This document shows positions 61,751 to 64,000 of a DNA stretch of 64,000 nt, one piece after another. The stretch is from contig NC_057749.1 in assembly GCF_004010195.1 (NCBI RefSeq), forward strand, positions 23,356,999 to 23,420,998, read 5' to 3'. Each line of letters starts with the position of its first letter. The stretch's first letter is position 1. Position numbers and translations under genes: made by a program. Under the pieces are notes generated by a model. That model did no database searches and was not told the DNA's origin. It saw only the letters and a program-made list of their open reading frames with translations. This stretch comes from Chiloscyllium plagiosum (Eukaryota).

Positions 61751-62337
61751 TGTGACAATGCTATGACTTTAAGAGGTTATTTTGACCTTTTTGTTTGAAA
61801 GGGAGGTTTCAAGTTAGAGGTTCTAAACAATAGAAGCAGCCTGGATGGGTGTAGCCAGCTCTCTCAGAGCAGAATTTCTAGTTTGTGATTTTTTTTTAGC
61901 TTTGAGATTGAGCATCAGTTGTTGTTGGAGTCTTAACAGTATTGAAAGCTGCAGCAAATGTCTCCTGGCTGCTTAGTCTGAGTTGTCTTTTGATTTTTTC
62001 CTTCTGGGCTGCTGGAATTACCTGGGAGACAAATGCATTTTCTGAATTTTGCCAAGGATTGTGTTTAAAGGATATTGCTATATTGGAACAGTTAAATAGT
62101 AATTACTGAACCCCCCAATAGTCTGTTCAGTTTTTCAATAGAATCAAGTTATTTTAAATCCCTCTTTCTTTAGTTGTATTTCAACTATAGTGTTTCAATA
62201 AATTGTTTTGCTTAATGTTTGACCAGTCACACTGCACCTGGAACACGGCACTTCACATTTCCCTTTAAACTTGAAAAAAGTTCAGATCTAGGCTACCTTC
62301 TTCATATATTTTGAGAGGTCTTGTCTGGTCCATAACA
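61751..62337 (+). mobile_element. Solo LTR with 4-bp TSD (TTAC)
   Basis: ttac|TGTGACAA..CCATAACA|ttac, with internal AATAAA. Confidence 0.85.
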
Positions 62338-63049
62338 TTACATAACACCATGATGAAAGCACCATCACCATAAAGATTAGTGTTGGTCCAAGAAGATGGA
62401 CAAGGTAGAATGAGCAATAAGTGTGGCCTTCTCAGCATTATCCAGAAACTGTTCTTAAATTACACAAAATGATTATAGGCAGATAGTTTTAAAGCTTCAA
62501 ACATTTAATTAGAAACAAACTAGTGCATAATTAACAACCAAGAAAAATGCTTAGGGATCCATGGTTCTTACTAAGTTCACACAGCAGTGGTGTAACACAG
62601 CATCATGAATAAAATCGAAAGGAATTGCTTGAGAATATCACCAGACTCTACAATAAGTCTTAACTGTGACATGTAGTGTACTGGATTTCTATTAGTGAAC
62701 CAGATGGATTTTTGAAACAAATTTCACAGTGACCATTAATGAGACTAGTTTTATATTCCAGATTTATTTGAAGGCAATTCAATTCCACCAGCTGCCACAG
62801 TGATTCCATAAAGTTCAAATCTCAATCATAGAATTTAGAGAATCCCTACAGTGTGGAAGCAGGCCATTTGGCCCATCAAGTCCACAACGACCCTCCGAAG
62901 GAAGGATAACCCACCCAGACCCATTCCCTTACCCTACTTGTGTGTGAAAAGCCTGAATCCGGTTTCTAGATCGAGAAATCAGGATTTGATATAATGAATT
63001 GAGTCAGTTTTATTTCTTGAATAAAAACAAAATATCCCAGTTGCTGGAA

Positions 63050-63256
63050 ACCTGAAACAAATGCAGAGAATGCTGGAGAAACTCAGCAGGTCTGGAAGCA
63101 TCTGGTGGAGAGAGAAACAGAATTAACGTTTTGAATTTGGTATAACTCTTGTTCAGAATGGATTCATACTGGATGTAAAATGTTAACTCTGGTTTTCTCT
63201 CCACAGAAGTTGCCAAACCTGCTGAATTGCTCCAGCATTCTGCATGTTGGTTTCAG
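63050..63256. repeat. pLTR family B palindrome in the VPS13C last intron
   Basis: ctgaaac..agaatgctggagaaactcagcagg.. pairs with ..cctgctgaattgctccagcattctg..gtttcag. Confidence 0.8.
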
Positions 63257-63795
63257 TTTTATTTCTTCTTGGTCAATCACTGAAATCTGATAATATTGTT
63301 ATGTAATTTCAGATGTGTTTTAGACTTTGTTAAGCACAGGATCATATCTTTAGTCCTTTCAAGTATTGTTGCACACAGCACCTTACCACAATGAGAAGGT
63401 TGACAATTTATAAATGAAACAGGAAAACAAGGAAATTATTATGCTTGGTTAAATAGGAACGAAAGGTAATTTGGGGAAAAAGGGAATGAATTTGCTAGTG
63501 CCTTGATGCTTACCTACAGTGCAAACAAAGCAGATGCAATATGAAGAGCCATTACAGCATCAATATTGGGAGGGTTTAATCACAGCATGGTAAGTTTGCA
63601 TGGGTTATTTCCCATCTAAATGTGCACATGGGGATTTCTAATAAAAATGACAGACAATTATATTAAAAAATGACAATCGGTAGTCAAACTTTCATACAGG
63701 AAGTACTCATCTCATTTCTAATGTAATAAAGAAGTGTCCCTTCAGGAAATCAGGCTGGGTTCAAATACTCATTGCTCTTTTGATGAAATATTTAC

Positions 63796-63885
63796 CTTCG
63801 CCATCTTCACATCCTGGACAGCAACTTTCCTCACAAAACCTTCAGACCCACTTTTTGGGTTTGAAAATCCAATTATCGACTGATC
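63796..63885 (-). CDS. VPS13C: VPS13C penultimate coding exon (DQSIIGFSNPKSGSEGFVRKVAVQDVKMAK)
   Basis: 90-nt open exon, phase 0/0. It is bounded on the minus strand by a T-rich acceptor (tgtgttttttttttaaaacAG) and a donor AAG|GTAAAT. The peptide resembles the human VPS13C C-terminal segment as I recall it (..QGCVRKVYLKDTATAE..). Confidence 0.88.
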
Positions 63886-64000
63886 CTGTTTTAAAAAAAA
63901 ACACACAGCTTTTCACCAATAATTCAACTGGAAAAATCTTTACAAACGATATTTTTGAATTATGTTTTAAATGTAATGGCACACTACCCAGCTGAGACAT

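Noticed and set aside
63510..63620. Possible extra VPS13C exon (minus-strand GTAGGTAAGC donor-like site near 63510)
   Set aside because: I found no convincing upstream acceptor or VPS13C-like peptide, and the two called exons already join collinearly with the recalled human sequence.

Overview
Vertebrate (elasmobranch, probably shark) genomic DNA, identified from the abundant HE1-type V-SINEs and CR1/HER1 LINEs. About 60 kb is intergenic and dominated by decayed mobile elements: CR1, older CR1-clade, L2, RTE and REX1/Babar LINEs, Penelope-like elements (PLEs), three SINE families, Gypsy LTR relics and Tigger-like MITEs. The only host gene I can support is at the right end, where two 90-nt minus-strand coding segments, missed by the ORF track, splice into the C-terminus of VPS13C. 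By human synteny the rest would be the VPS13C-RORA gene desert (inference). The most notable hidden structure is a minimal type-I hammerhead ribozyme core (CUGAnGA-N-stem II-GAAA-palindrome-UH). It appears, with covarying stems, in four unrelated PLE terminal-repeat families. These occur as TSD-flanked mini-insertions and as head-to-head palindromes. Most ORF-track entries are spurious frames or transposon fragments. Boundaries of old repeats are approximate (read by eye).
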